From Planctomycetota bacterium (GTDB taxonomy: Bacteria > Planctomycetota > UBA1135 > UBA2386): 64,000 nucleotides of DNA. The stretch lies in NCBI GenBank assembly GCA_965228735.1, contig OZ245838.1, positions 1,248,001-1,312,000 on the forward strand, read 5' to 3'. The notes under the pieces were generated by a model, which was given only the letters and a program-made list of their open reading frames with translations, did not search any database and was not told the DNA's origin. Below, in pieces: positions 41,346 to 49,745 of this stretch; positions within the stretch are counted from its first letter, which is position 1, and each line of letters opens with the position of its first letter. Both the position numbers and the translations under genes were made by a program.

Positions 41346-43433
41346 ATGACCGAAGCACGCACCCTCAACATCAACCTGAAGCTGCGCGACGAGCTCTCGC
41401 GGTCGATCAGCCGATCTCGGCAGGCGATCAAGACGTTCGCGACTGCAAGCCGCAACTCACTCCGACGGGTCCGGACCGCCGTCACAGGGCTCACCAAGAC
41501 CATCTTCAGTCTGAAGACCGCGGTTGTTGGCCTCATTGGCGCCAGCGTGATCGCGGGCTTCAAGTCGCTGTCCGACAGCATCGATCGCGTTGCGAAACAG
41601 GCGAAGGCGATCGGCGAGAGCCCCGAGAATCTCAGCGTCCTCGAGGCCGCGTTTGTGCAGGCTGGCGGATCGGCTGATCAGTTGCGTTCGATTCTCAGCA
41701 ACCTGACGAAGGCCTCCCAGTCGGCGCAGGACGAAGGGTCCGCGGCCGCGGAGGCGTTCAAGAAGCTCTCGATCAGCGCGACGGATCTGCGCGACTCGTC
41801 GCCGGCGGCGCTCATCGAGAAGATGGCGGCCGGCCTGGAGAACTTCAACGACGCGGGGCAGCGCGCGCAGGTTCTCTCGCAGATCCTGCCCGAGGGCTTC
41901 GTGCAGATTGGCCCGCTGATCTCACAGGGGCTCGACGACTTCCAGAAGCAGATCGAGCGTGTGCGGAAGCTGGGCGCTGAAGTCACGAGCGAGCAGGCGC
42001 GAGTCGCTGAGGCCGTTTCTGGCGCGTTTGGCGAAGTGAGGATCGCGCTGCAGGGCATCGGCAAGCAGGTCCTCGTCGCCTTCGGGCCTGCCACCGTCGC
42101 CGCCCTCGAGGCAACTGCCGAGTTCCTTGCCGAGAACCGTGACACTGCGCGGCAGGTCGCGGTCGCGGTCGGCGAAGGCGTGGTGACCGCCTTTCGGCTC
42201 GCGGTGCAGGCGGTGATCGGCCTGGTACGGACGATCGAGTCCATTCCAGGCGTGAAGCTCATCGACCTCGAGGAGACCGAGCGCGACATCCGAGCGATCG
42301 AGCGCAAGCTGCGGATCATCGACGAGGCTCGCAACGGCACCCTGAGCCGGCAGGCAGCCCGCGTGCGCGAGCTCGCGAACGCTGATCCGTTCGGAGGCCT
42401 CGGCAGCAAGAACGTCCGCCGTGCGCGGAGGGAACTGCCAGGCCTCGAACGCGACATCGCGCGCGCTCAGGATGACAACCTGGTCGAGCAGCTCGTCGGC
42501 CGGGAGTCGGAGCTTCGACGGAGGCTCGACGAGCTGCGCACGATCGCGAACGGTGGTCTTGCGGCTCAGCTCGAGGACATGCGGAGCACGATCGCGCAGA
42601 GCATCGGCAGCGCTGTGGCGGACGTGCGGAAGCGGGTCGCCGACAGCGACTCGCCGAGCTTGATTGACAGCGTTCTCGGCACCGTGGAGGTGATGCGCAA
42701 GCGCGGCGAGAAGCTCGTATCCGTGTTCAAGAAGACGGCGACGGACGCGGCGAACGCAGTGAAGGCCATCGTTCCCAACGCGAAGAAGGAGAAGGAGGAC
42801 GACAAGAAGAAGGACCCGGAGCCTCTCGGCTTCGAAAAGAGCCTCCAGAACGCGCTCAAACGATCGAAGGACATCATCGCGGACTTCAGCGGCTTCGTCG
42901 GCCGATCGATCGGCCAGGTCGCGGAGCGCAGTCTGGACTCGTTCGCGAATCAGTTCGCCAACGTCGTGACCGGAGTCAGGAACGCGAAGGAGGCATTCCA
43001 GGACTTCGCCCGCGCGTTCCTCGCCGACATCGCGAGAATGATCGCGAAGTCGATCGTGCTCGGAGCAGTCAAGACGCTGTTCAACCTGGCGGACGGCGGC
43101 GTCACCGCACCGGTCGACGAGACACGACCCGTTCGCGCGTTCGCGCGCGGCGGCGTCGCGCGGCGACCAACGCTGGCGGTGTTCGGCGAGGGCCGCAACG
43201 CGGAGGCGTTCGTTCCGTTGCCGGACAACCGCAGCATCCCGGTGACGTTTACCGGCACAAGCGGCGACGGCATGGGTGGCGGCGTCGTGAACCACTTCCA
43301 CATCAACGCGATGGACAGCCAAGACGTCACCCGCGTGCTGACGGATCACCAGGGCGTGCTGCGCAACATCTGGCACGCCCAGGTCGAGACGCGCGTCGGC
43401 ACGCGCCAGGCGATCCAGCGAGCCGCGCGGTGA
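41346..43433 (+). CDS. Phage tail tape measure protein
   Basis: Helical Ala-rich 695 aa; N-terminal LNINLKLRDE, SIDRVAKQAKAIG; C-terminal FARGGV.RPTLAVFGEG..AEAFVPL..NHFHINAMDSQD. Confidence 0.82.
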   Translation: MTEARTLNINLKLRDELSRSISRSRQAIKTFATASRNSLRRVRTAVTGLTKTIFSLKTAVVGLIGASVIAGFKSLSDSIDRVAKQAKAIGESPENLSVLEAAFVQAGGSADQLRSILSNLTKASQSAQDEGSAAAEAFKKLSISATDLRDSSPAALIEKMAAGLENFNDAGQRAQVLSQILPEGFVQIGPLISQGLDDFQKQIERVRKLGAEVTSEQARVAEAVSGAFGEVRIALQGIGKQVLVAFGPATVAALEATAEFLAENRDTARQVAVAVGEGVVTAFRLAVQAVIGLVRTIESIPGVKLIDLEETERDIRAIERKLRIIDEARNGTLSRQAARVRELANADPFGGLGSKNVRRARRELPGLERDIARAQDDNLVEQLVGRESELRRRLDELRTIANGGLAAQLEDMRSTIAQSIGSAVADVRKRVADSDSPSLIDSVLGTVEVMRKRGEKLVSVFKKTATDAANAVKAIVPNAKKEKEDDKKKDPEPLGFEKSLQNALKRSKDIIADFSGFVGRSIGQVAERSLDSFANQFANVVTGVRNAKEAFQDFARAFLADIARMIAKSIVLGAVKTLFNLADGGVTAPVDETRPVRAFARGGVARRPTLAVFGEGRNAEAFVPLPDNRSIPVTFTGTSGDGMGGGVVNHFHINAMDSQDVTRVLTDHQGVLRNIWHAQVETRVGTRQAIQRAAR

Positions 43434-43530
43434 GCGGCAATCGAAACTTCGTCGGAGTCGTCGTGTCCGAACTCTCGCCGGGTGCTCCTTCTTGCTTCCC
43501 CGGCTCGGAGTCGTGGCGTGTTCTCTGGTT

Positions 43531-43565
43531 GCCTGCGCCGGTTCGCCGGCGCGGGCTTTTCTTTC
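43531..43565 (+). terminator. Rho-independent terminator after the tape measure gene
   Basis: GCCTGCGCCGG-TTCG-CCGGCGCGGGC hairpin followed by TTTTCTTT. Confidence 0.75.
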
Positions 43566-43590
43566 CTCGAGCTTCTGAGCTGCCAGTGCC

Positions 43591-43797
43591 ATGAACGACG
43601 ATCCCGAACCCGTCCGAGCCATCGTGCCATTCGTTCCGTTCGAGTGCCCGACCTGCGGCCGCAAGAAACCGGAGACGTACGGCGTGCATCGACGAATCCG
43701 CTACCACCGGTGCACGGCTTGCGGGATGCGGTTCAAGAGCCTGCAGGTCCCGCCTCAGGCCGTGCACGGGTTCATGCGGCCGCGGCCGCACGCGTAG
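43591..43797 (+). CDS. Ogr/Delta-like zinc-finger protein
   Basis: 68 aa; FECPTCG...RIRYHRCTACGMRFKS. Confidence 0.6.
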   Translation: MNDDPEPVRAIVPFVPFECPTCGRKKPETYGVHRRIRYHRCTACGMRFKSLQVPPQAVHGFMRPRPHA

Positions 43798-44065
43798 GCA
43801 CGCAAGCACCTTCGGGCAGTCTGTGACCGATCGGAGTCCAGCGGTCGGCGCTTGGCGCGGCCGTGGTCGCGCGGTCTGCCATCGCAGGAGCGACCGCGGT
43901 TCCCAGCGAGCAGGGCTTGACCAGGGGCAGGCCTCGCGTTGGAATCCGCGCACGTCGGCGCATCCACGTCGACCGCTCTTTCCTTCCCTCGAATGAAACG
44001 GCCCGCCGCGGTGTTGGACGCACCACGACGAGCCTTGCGAACCCCCTGAGTGAACAGGAGACCGC

Positions 44066-44236
44066 ATGAGAAGTTCCGTATCCGCGCGCCGTGACGCGCG
44101 CAACGCCGCTGTGGCGGCAGAACTCGCCCGCAGCCTGTCGTGGCTGCCCCGCCGATCGATCGCGCTGCAGGCCAGCGCCAGAGCCGCCGTCGTGGACGCC
44201 CGCGGGCGTCGCGTAGCGTCGGGAGGTGAGCGATGA
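44066..44236 (+). CDS. Small hypothetical protein (56 aa, below the ORF-track cutoff)
   Basis: AGGAG RBS then ATG 44066; MRSSVSARRDARNAAVAAELARSLSWLP...GGER; stop overlaps next ATG. Confidence 0.5.
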   Translation: MRSSVSARRDARNAAVAAELARSLSWLPRRSIALQASARAAVVDARGRRVASGGER

Positions 44237-44886
44237 GGGTGCAGCGATGGGGTGATCCGATTGCGTCGCCGGCAACGGAGTCGAACATCAAGGCGCCTCG
44301 CATCTGGCCGCCGTCGCGTGACGCCGAGGTTCGGCTTGTGCGCCGGGATCAGATCACCTGGGCGATCGAGTACGATTCCCGAGTCGTCGCGCTGCGCGAT
44401 GTCCTCAAGGCAGCATCGAACGACCGCGACGCCGCCGAGCACGCCAGGGCCTGGAGCGTGCTCGGTCAGCTGACCTGGTCGCAGCGCGACGTCGAGCAGC
44501 TCGTCGACGCGCTCCACGAATACCGGGATGTGAACGCCTGGGAGTTGGTGCCGCTCCTCGCGCCGCTCGCAGTCAGGCACGGCGAGATCATCGCCAGGCT
44601 GTTCCCTGATCATCTCGATTGGAGCGTGGCTGCGCTGTGTGGGCGAGCCGGCGTTGTCGCAGCAGAGCGGGAGCTGCGGAGCGGGAACCCGCATCGTCGC
44701 GGCTCAGCGATCGGCATGCTGGACGCCGCGCTGGAGACGGGCTGGCGCGCGGACAGAGCGCTCGTGCTCGAGGCGCTGGCTGTGGAGAGGAACACGGACA
44801 ACGTGGACACGCTCCAGGCTCTCGCCGACGCGCTCAAGCCGCGCGGAGAACCGAACCGGCACGATGAGGGGCACTCCGATGCCTGA
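44233..44886 (+). CDS. Hypothetical helical protein (HEAT-like)
   Basis: 217-aa ORF with GGAGG RBS; helical repeats at the C-terminus. Confidence 0.55.
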   Translation: MRVQRWGDPIASPATESNIKAPRIWPPSRDAEVRLVRRDQITWAIEYDSRVVALRDVLKAASNDRDAAEHARAWSVLGQLTWSQRDVEQLVDALHEYRDVNAWELVPLLAPLAVRHGEIIARLFPDHLDWSVAALCGRAGVVAAERELRSGNPHRRGSAIGMLDAALETGWRADRALVLEALAVERNTDNVDTLQALADALKPRGEPNRHDEGHSDA

Positions 44887-45148
44887 CCGCGAACCGGCCT
44901 ACATCAAGCTCGAGGACCTCGCGCACGACCTGCAGGTCGACAAGTCGATCCTCGTGCGCCGTTCTCGGCTGGGCAAGTTCGTCAAGATGACCGAGATCGG
45001 CCCCGGCATCTGGCGGATCCTGCGCACGGACTGGGACGAGTGGCTGCTCGACAACTGCACGCACAACGCCGGCAAGATCGCGGGCATCACGGCAGCTGCG
45101 GTGAACGGCACTATCCAGAACCCGCGGCCGAGGAACCGAGGCCTGTGA
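44879..45148 (+). CDS. Excisionase/AlpA-like HTH protein
   Basis: YIKLEDLAHDLQVDKSILVRRSRLGKF...WRILRTDWDEW. Confidence 0.7.
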   Translation: MPDREPAYIKLEDLAHDLQVDKSILVRRSRLGKFVKMTEIGPGIWRILRTDWDEWLLDNCTHNAGKIAGITAAAVNGTIQNPRPRNRGL

Positions 45149-45442
45149 CCGACTTCGGCCATGACCACGAGCTACTGACGCTGGAGGAGGTCGCCGCCTA
45201 CCTCCGCGTCGACAAGGCGAAGCTCGTCCAGATGTCGCGATGCGGCAAGTTCCCAGGCATCCTCGAGATCACGACCCGCGAGAAGCGCGTGCGGCGCGCC
45301 GAGTTCGAGGAGTGGGAAAGCGGACCGCTGGAGCTCGAATGCGATCGTGCTTAGCGCGCTCACGAAGGCCGCGATCAACGGCACGCTGCCGATGAATCGG
45401 CAGGCGAACAGCCGGAACAACCGATCTCGGCGGCGCGGGTAA
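45145..45442 (+). pseudogene. Excisionase-like HTH paralog with apparent +1 frameshift at about 45317-45319
   Basis: LLTLEEVAAYLRVDK..GKFP; in-frame stop at 45354, but the shifted frame continues NAIVLSALTKAAINGTL, matching the upstream paralog's NAGKIAGITAAAVNGTI. Confidence 0.6.
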
Positions 45443-45459
45443 CGGCGAACTCGGCCGGC

Positions 45460-46257
45460 TCAGCGCATGATCGCATGCGGCCCCATGAGGTAGAATTCGC
45501 TCAGGAACTTCACGAACTCCGACGCTTGGACCACAAACACGGACTGTACCGAGCCTTCAGTCCAGGATGCCAGGTCGACGATTGGCTGTGCGACGTTCGA
45601 GAAGCGCGGGAACGGTTTCTCGTAGCGCAGCCAGGGGAGCTTCTCTCCCTCTTCATCGCCGTTCTCGATCTCGCCCGTGGTGAGGTTGACCTGCCCGATC
45701 TCAAGTCGCCTGAGTTCGGCATTGGTCACGATCACTGGAATGAAAGCGAACGGCTCCTCTCTTGCCTGGAACGGCACATCGCTCATCTGAGACAGGAGCT
45801 CTGCCACGACTGAATCCAGATCGTGGTTGCCCTTTCGCTCTTCGAATAGGCAGTGCTCGGCGGCCACGTCGTGGGTTGTCGAGTTGTACTCCGCCGTAAG
45901 CAAGCTGGGCGGTCCGGGGCCGCCAGGCTGTCGATACGGCACGATGGGGGTGCGCGCCCTTCGCTGCTGGCTCTTCGATGGAGCCATGAACAGCAGTCGC
46001 ATCGGGCGTTCATGGTTCTTCATCCAGTGGCGTTTAACTTCAACTGCCATCCGCGCCCGCTCGCCGTCGCCGCCTCGATAGCGAAGCACCATGTCAATGA
46101 AGCCGTCTCCGGCAGGGACCTCCTCGGCTTCGAGCTTCCAGGGATGCTGTCCGACTTTGCCGCTTAGGCTGACCCTTCGGGCCAAGTCTCGCTGGAGCGG
46201 GATGCCGGAGCTGCATGCGCGCTTGCGGTCAGATTGCCCGCCGTTGGCCGGAGTCAT
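45460..46257 (-). CDS. Putative PD-(D/E)XK nuclease-fold protein
   Basis: SGIPLQ..., FIDMVL, AVEVKR, FIPVIVTNAEL; ATGA-coupled to the upstream HEPN gene. Confidence 0.5.
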   Translation of the reverse strand: MTPANGGQSDRKRACSSGIPLQRDLARRVSLSGKVGQHPWKLEAEEVPAGDGFIDMVLRYRGGDGERARMAVEVKRHWMKNHERPMRLLFMAPSKSQQRRARTPIVPYRQPGGPGPPSLLTAEYNSTTHDVAAEHCLFEERKGNHDLDSVVAELLSQMSDVPFQAREEPFAFIPVIVTNAELRRLEIGQVNLTTGEIENGDEEGEKLPWLRYEKPFPRFSNVAQPIVDLASWTEGSVQSVFVVQASEFVKFLSEFYLMGPHAIMR

Positions 46258-46928
46258 GGCCCGCCCCGCGATTGGGGAGATCGCTGTGCGTTGCGCTTCG
46301 ACTCGAGCGAATCGACTCCTGCGCGAAGAACCTTGCACAGCGTGCTTGCGTCGCCTTCTCCGCGGGACGATTGGAAGTCCAACGGTCCCGCGCCGACCGC
46401 TCGACCAACTTCGTCGTTGTAGCTCTGCAAGTCAGCGAAGAACGCTTGAACGTCCTCGGCGCTGTGTTGCCCGAGCAACTTGGGCTTGAGGTGAACCGTC
46501 TTGTCCAGGTGTGCTCCGAGCTTGTGTCGCGCCGGCAGAACGAGCTCGCGGTAGCGCAAGAGCCCGGCTGAGGACTGTGCCATCGACTCCGTAAACAACT
46601 GCTCGGCCTTCAGCTGTTCGTTCAGGTTGTCGACAGTCAGGCACTCCTTGCCACACACGTTCGCCGGGTCTGTCAGGCGACACACGGTGACGATGATGTT
46701 TAGGTGGAGGACCTGGTGGAGCTCATTGAAGAAGTGGAACGCCGCATCCTTGAGCAGCTCTTGCCTTCGGTCGTCGTGGTAGAGGTCGACGAACGTGTTG
46801 AAGCAGTTACGCAGCCAGATGCACTGATCGCGGAATGCGTCGAACGTCTTTCGGAGGTGTGGCGATGCTGTCACTGCTACCTGGGTGTGCGGTTGAGGCC
46901 TGGGCCGTGCGCGAGGCCGACTACTCAC
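46254..46928 (-). CDS. HEPN-domain protein (AbiU2-like)
   Basis: Helical; VCRLTDP, RHKLGAH (Rx5H HEPN motif). Confidence 0.65.
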   Translation of the reverse strand: MSSRPRARPRPQPHTQVAVTASPHLRKTFDAFRDQCIWLRNCFNTFVDLYHDDRRQELLKDAAFHFFNELHQVLHLNIIVTVCRLTDPANVCGKECLTVDNLNEQLKAEQLFTESMAQSSAGLLRYRELVLPARHKLGAHLDKTVHLKPKLLGQHSAEDVQAFFADLQSYNDEVGRAVGAGPLDFQSSRGEGDASTLCKVLRAGVDSLESKRNAQRSPQSRGGP

Positions 46929-48012
46929 AGCCCCACGTGAACTTCCGCTTGAGCTGGTTCCCGTGGCTGTGTGGCCACACCCTGTCGTGCTGCAGTCGAC
47001 CAGCCACGATTCCCGGTGCGATGCCGATCTGGTCGGCGAAAGCGGCCGCAGCTCTCTTCGAAGGCGCCGGGTGCTGTTCTCGGAACTCTTGGTACTGCTC
47101 GGGAGGGATCAGCTTGTCACGAGCGAATTCATTGGCGCGGGCTTCTACGGGGTCGTCTCCCGAGTAGGAGTGGGCGTCGTCGATGAAGATCGCTTGGGAT
47201 GAGTGCTCGAGAACGTGGCATGCTTCATGAAAGAGGCTGAACCACATCTGGTCATCAGTGCGGCCCCGAAGACTCAGGTGGATTGCGGCCCGCTTCGGCC
47301 CGAACCATCGAGTCGCTCCATTGATCGAGAGCCTGGGGAGTGACGGGGTGAACGTCAGTGCGACTCCAGCTGCCGAGCACTGCGCCACGGCCTGCTTTGC
47401 GAACTCCTTCGCGGGCAGGCGGGTCATACCGCGGATGGCGCTGACGGCTTGGCTAAAGCGCGATTCGTCGTATGGCGCGCAATCGATCTGTTGAGCGTTC
47501 AGCTCTGAGAGCCTCAACCAAGCTGTGAGTGCGTGTCGGTTGGGGTGGAAGGTCGGTGACTTTCTGAACCGGGCCGTTACTGGTGCCCAAGCGGCTTGCC
47601 ACGCGTCGGGGGTTGCCACTCCGAAGAACCGAAGCAGTGCCTCAACTCGGTCGATCGCCGCCTGGCCAACGTCAGCGACGTACCCAAAGCGAACCATCTC
47701 TCTGAAGGGGAAGGAGCGCATCCACCCCGCGAAATCGCGCAGGGCAGAGCGCTCGGCCGCGCGTTGCTGCTCGGCTCGATACGCGACCTCGAGATTCATC
47801 CAGAACGTGGCAGGGATCTGTAGGACGCGCTCCAGAAGCAATGCGGTGCTGTAGCTGAGCGTGGCCTTTGCGTTCATGACTTGGCTGACGTGCTTCTCGC
47901 TCAGGCCGGTCCGGCGCGACAGCTCCGCGCTCGACATGGAGCGTTCCTCCAACGCCTCGGCGAGAATCTCGCCGGGTGGCGACAGGTCTCGGATGTCGGG
48001 CGAGTCAGCCAT
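46921..48012 (-). CDS. higA: HigA-type antitoxin: Xre HTH fused to ImmA/IrrE-like metallopeptidase
   Basis: SPPGEILAEALEER.MS.AELSRRTG..FWMNLE; WFSLFHEACH (HExxH); EARANEFA. Confidence 0.85.
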   Translation of the reverse strand: MADSPDIRDLSPPGEILAEALEERSMSSAELSRRTGLSEKHVSQVMNAKATLSYSTALLLERVLQIPATFWMNLEVAYRAEQQRAAERSALRDFAGWMRSFPFREMVRFGYVADVGQAAIDRVEALLRFFGVATPDAWQAAWAPVTARFRKSPTFHPNRHALTAWLRLSELNAQQIDCAPYDESRFSQAVSAIRGMTRLPAKEFAKQAVAQCSAAGVALTFTPSLPRLSINGATRWFGPKRAAIHLSLRGRTDDQMWFSLFHEACHVLEHSSQAIFIDDAHSYSGDDPVEARANEFARDKLIPPEQYQEFREQHPAPSKRAAAAFADQIGIAPGIVAGRLQHDRVWPHSHGNQLKRKFTWGCE

Positions 48013-48328
48013 GGTAGTCGACGATTTCAGTAATTAGGACGTGCGAGATATGACCCCAGTCGTCGCCGATGGCGACCCCCGGGGCGAGAACCGGTTTGAA
48101 GATCAATCGATACGGTCCATCCAAGGACGCGGCGAAGAACCCTGCACGGTCGCCGGTCAGCTGGTGAAAGCGGCCGGGAACGTGTCGAAGAGCTTCGAGA
48201 TTCGAGGCGGCCTTGAGTGACGAGAGTCGGCGCTTCAGCTTCTCTGCGCGATCGCGCCCAAACGCCCGAAGTCGGCTTCGGGCGTCGACGCACTGCTTCT
48301 CGAGCTTTCCGTGGAAGTCGATCTTCAC
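48005..48328 (-). CDS. higB: HigB/RelE-family toxin (plasmid maintenance killer-like)
   Basis: PGRFHQLTGDRAG, LDGPYRLIF, EIVDYHG; upstream of and overlapping higA. Confidence 0.85.
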   Translation of the reverse strand: MKIDFHGKLEKQCVDARSRLRAFGRDRAEKLKRRLSSLKAASNLEALRHVPGRFHQLTGDRAGFFAASLDGPYRLIFKPVLAPGVAIGDDWGHISHVLITEIVDYHG

Positions 48329-48419
48329 ATCGGCGTTTCGATAGAGGATCTTTACCGGATTGGTAAAGATGATTCAAGCCCCAGATGCCTCAGAGTCCTG
48401 AGCGAACTGCGCGTCCGCG

Positions 48420-48992
48420 CTACCGCCCGCGCAACGGACCACCGAGCGGAGAACCGAGAAGGTCCAGCATGCGCGAGTCCCGCCTCGGCGTTTCCTCGAA
48501 CGCGACCAACCGGCCTTCCCGGTAGCCAAGGACCTTCGCAACCGTTCGCAGAAGCTCCCTCGCGAGCGCGGACTCAGCCACGCCGAATCCCCAATCGTGG
48601 TCTTCTCCTGTGATCGGGTAGACCAGGCGGCGCCGCCCCTTGTTCTCGCCGGACTTCGTCACCGTGTAGTTGCGATCCAGCCGCTGAACGGTCTCCCGGA
48701 CTGCATCGCTCTTGAGGCTCGGGTTGAGCTCGCCGAGTCCGGACTCGAGTGCTTTGTCGAGCGCCCTGCAGAGGTCGTGCCCAACTCGCTTGAGGTCCGA
48801 CTCGCTTGCACCGCAGTGCACTAGATAGGACTTCAGCACGAGCTCGATCCCGGTCCCGAGCGCCTGTAGTAAAGGCGGCATCAGTCGGTCGTCGCAACTG
48901 CGAACGAGCTGGAAGGCTGCCGCAATGTAGAGGTCACCAAACCAGAGAAACGACTCGGCTTCCTGCCAGTCTGCAGGAACTGGATCTCGCAT
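48420..48992 (-). CDS. HEPN-like hypothetical protein
   Basis: GIELVLKSYL..GHDL pattern seen in HEPN-like proteins; no clear Rx4-6H. Confidence 0.45.
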   Translation of the reverse strand: MRDPVPADWQEAESFLWFGDLYIAAAFQLVRSCDDRLMPPLLQALGTGIELVLKSYLVHCGASESDLKRVGHDLCRALDKALESGLGELNPSLKSDAVRETVQRLDRNYTVTKSGENKGRRRLVYPITGEDHDWGFGVAESALARELLRTVAKVLGYREGRLVAFEETPRRDSRMLDLLGSPLGGPLRGR

Positions 48993-48999
48993 GGCAAAC

Positions 49000-49554
49000 C
49001 TACGCGTCGCGATGGGCGTCACGGATGTCCGAAAGGTTCGCGACGGTCCCGAAGTCGAGGCGCAACAGCGCGTCGTCAAGCAAGATGGTCACAGCGTCGC
49101 GATACGTGTCGGCTTGACGGACTCCCATGACCAACTTGTTCTCGGTCTGTTGGTTGCCCTGCACCGCTCCTTCGTACCGCGCAGCAGCGGCAGTGATGGC
49201 AGCGCTGAGCAGCGTCGCCTCCCGTTGGCTCTCTGCCGCATCCGCCTGCCGCTTCAGCTCGCCCCTCGTGTCATGGAGTTCCTGCCGCTGCAGGCGTAGC
49301 TCCTCCCGCTGGAGACGTAGCTCCGTGCGTTGCAGCAGGATCGCAACCACGACGCCGGCCAGCGCGAGACCGGAGAACAGCGCGTTGACCGCGCCGAAGG
49401 CGTCACCAAGCTGCCCGCGGGCCTCGATGTTCTCGCCGAACCAAGCGAGCACCGGCACGCTGGCCAGCCAGATGGCAATGATCGCGAGCGCCAGCACAGC
49501 GAGCCGTCCCAGGGGCAGCGCGCTGCTCCCTCCGACCTGGTCGTCCTTCGTCAT
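49000..49554 (-). CDS. Membrane protein resembling the N-terminus of putative abortive-infection proteins
   Basis: 2 TM + GQLGDAFGAVNALFSGLALAGVVVAILLQRTELRLQREEL coiled coil. Confidence 0.55.
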   Translation of the reverse strand: MTKDDQVGGSSALPLGRLAVLALAIIAIWLASVPVLAWFGENIEARGQLGDAFGAVNALFSGLALAGVVVAILLQRTELRLQREELRLQRQELHDTRGELKRQADAAESQREATLLSAAITAAAARYEGAVQGNQQTENKLVMGVRQADTYRDAVTILLDDALLRLDFGTVANLSDIRDAHRDA

Positions 49555-49595
49555 TACGGCAGAGTAACCAGCGCCAAACAGTCGCCTGGCCGCGT

Positions 49596-49617
49596 GGGGG
49601 CAAATCCGGGGGCAAAT
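49596..49617 (+). promoter_or_regulatory. Putative integrase arm-type sites (GGGGGCAAAT x2)
   Basis: GGGGGCAAATCCGGGGGCAAAT, same 12-bp period as the 32504-32524 pair. Confidence 0.7.
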
Positions 49618-49745
49618 GGTCGCCGAAACTCGACCAAACTGGCCATTCTGCCCCCGCACCCCCTCTCGTCGGCGCGCTCCCAGACACCGCTTGCTGCAGA
49701 CCTATTCCACGCATTCGCAGTTGGCTTCGCTCCCCATCGGGCTGA

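Noticed and set aside
45314..45320. Lambda G-T type -1 slippery site GGGAAAG
   Set aside because: Not in the X XXY YYZ phase, the homology requires +1, and it is not in a tail chaperone gene
32565..49554. Retron, DGR or other reverse-transcriptase system in the element
   Set aside because: No RT motifs (YxDD) or template/variable repeat pair seen
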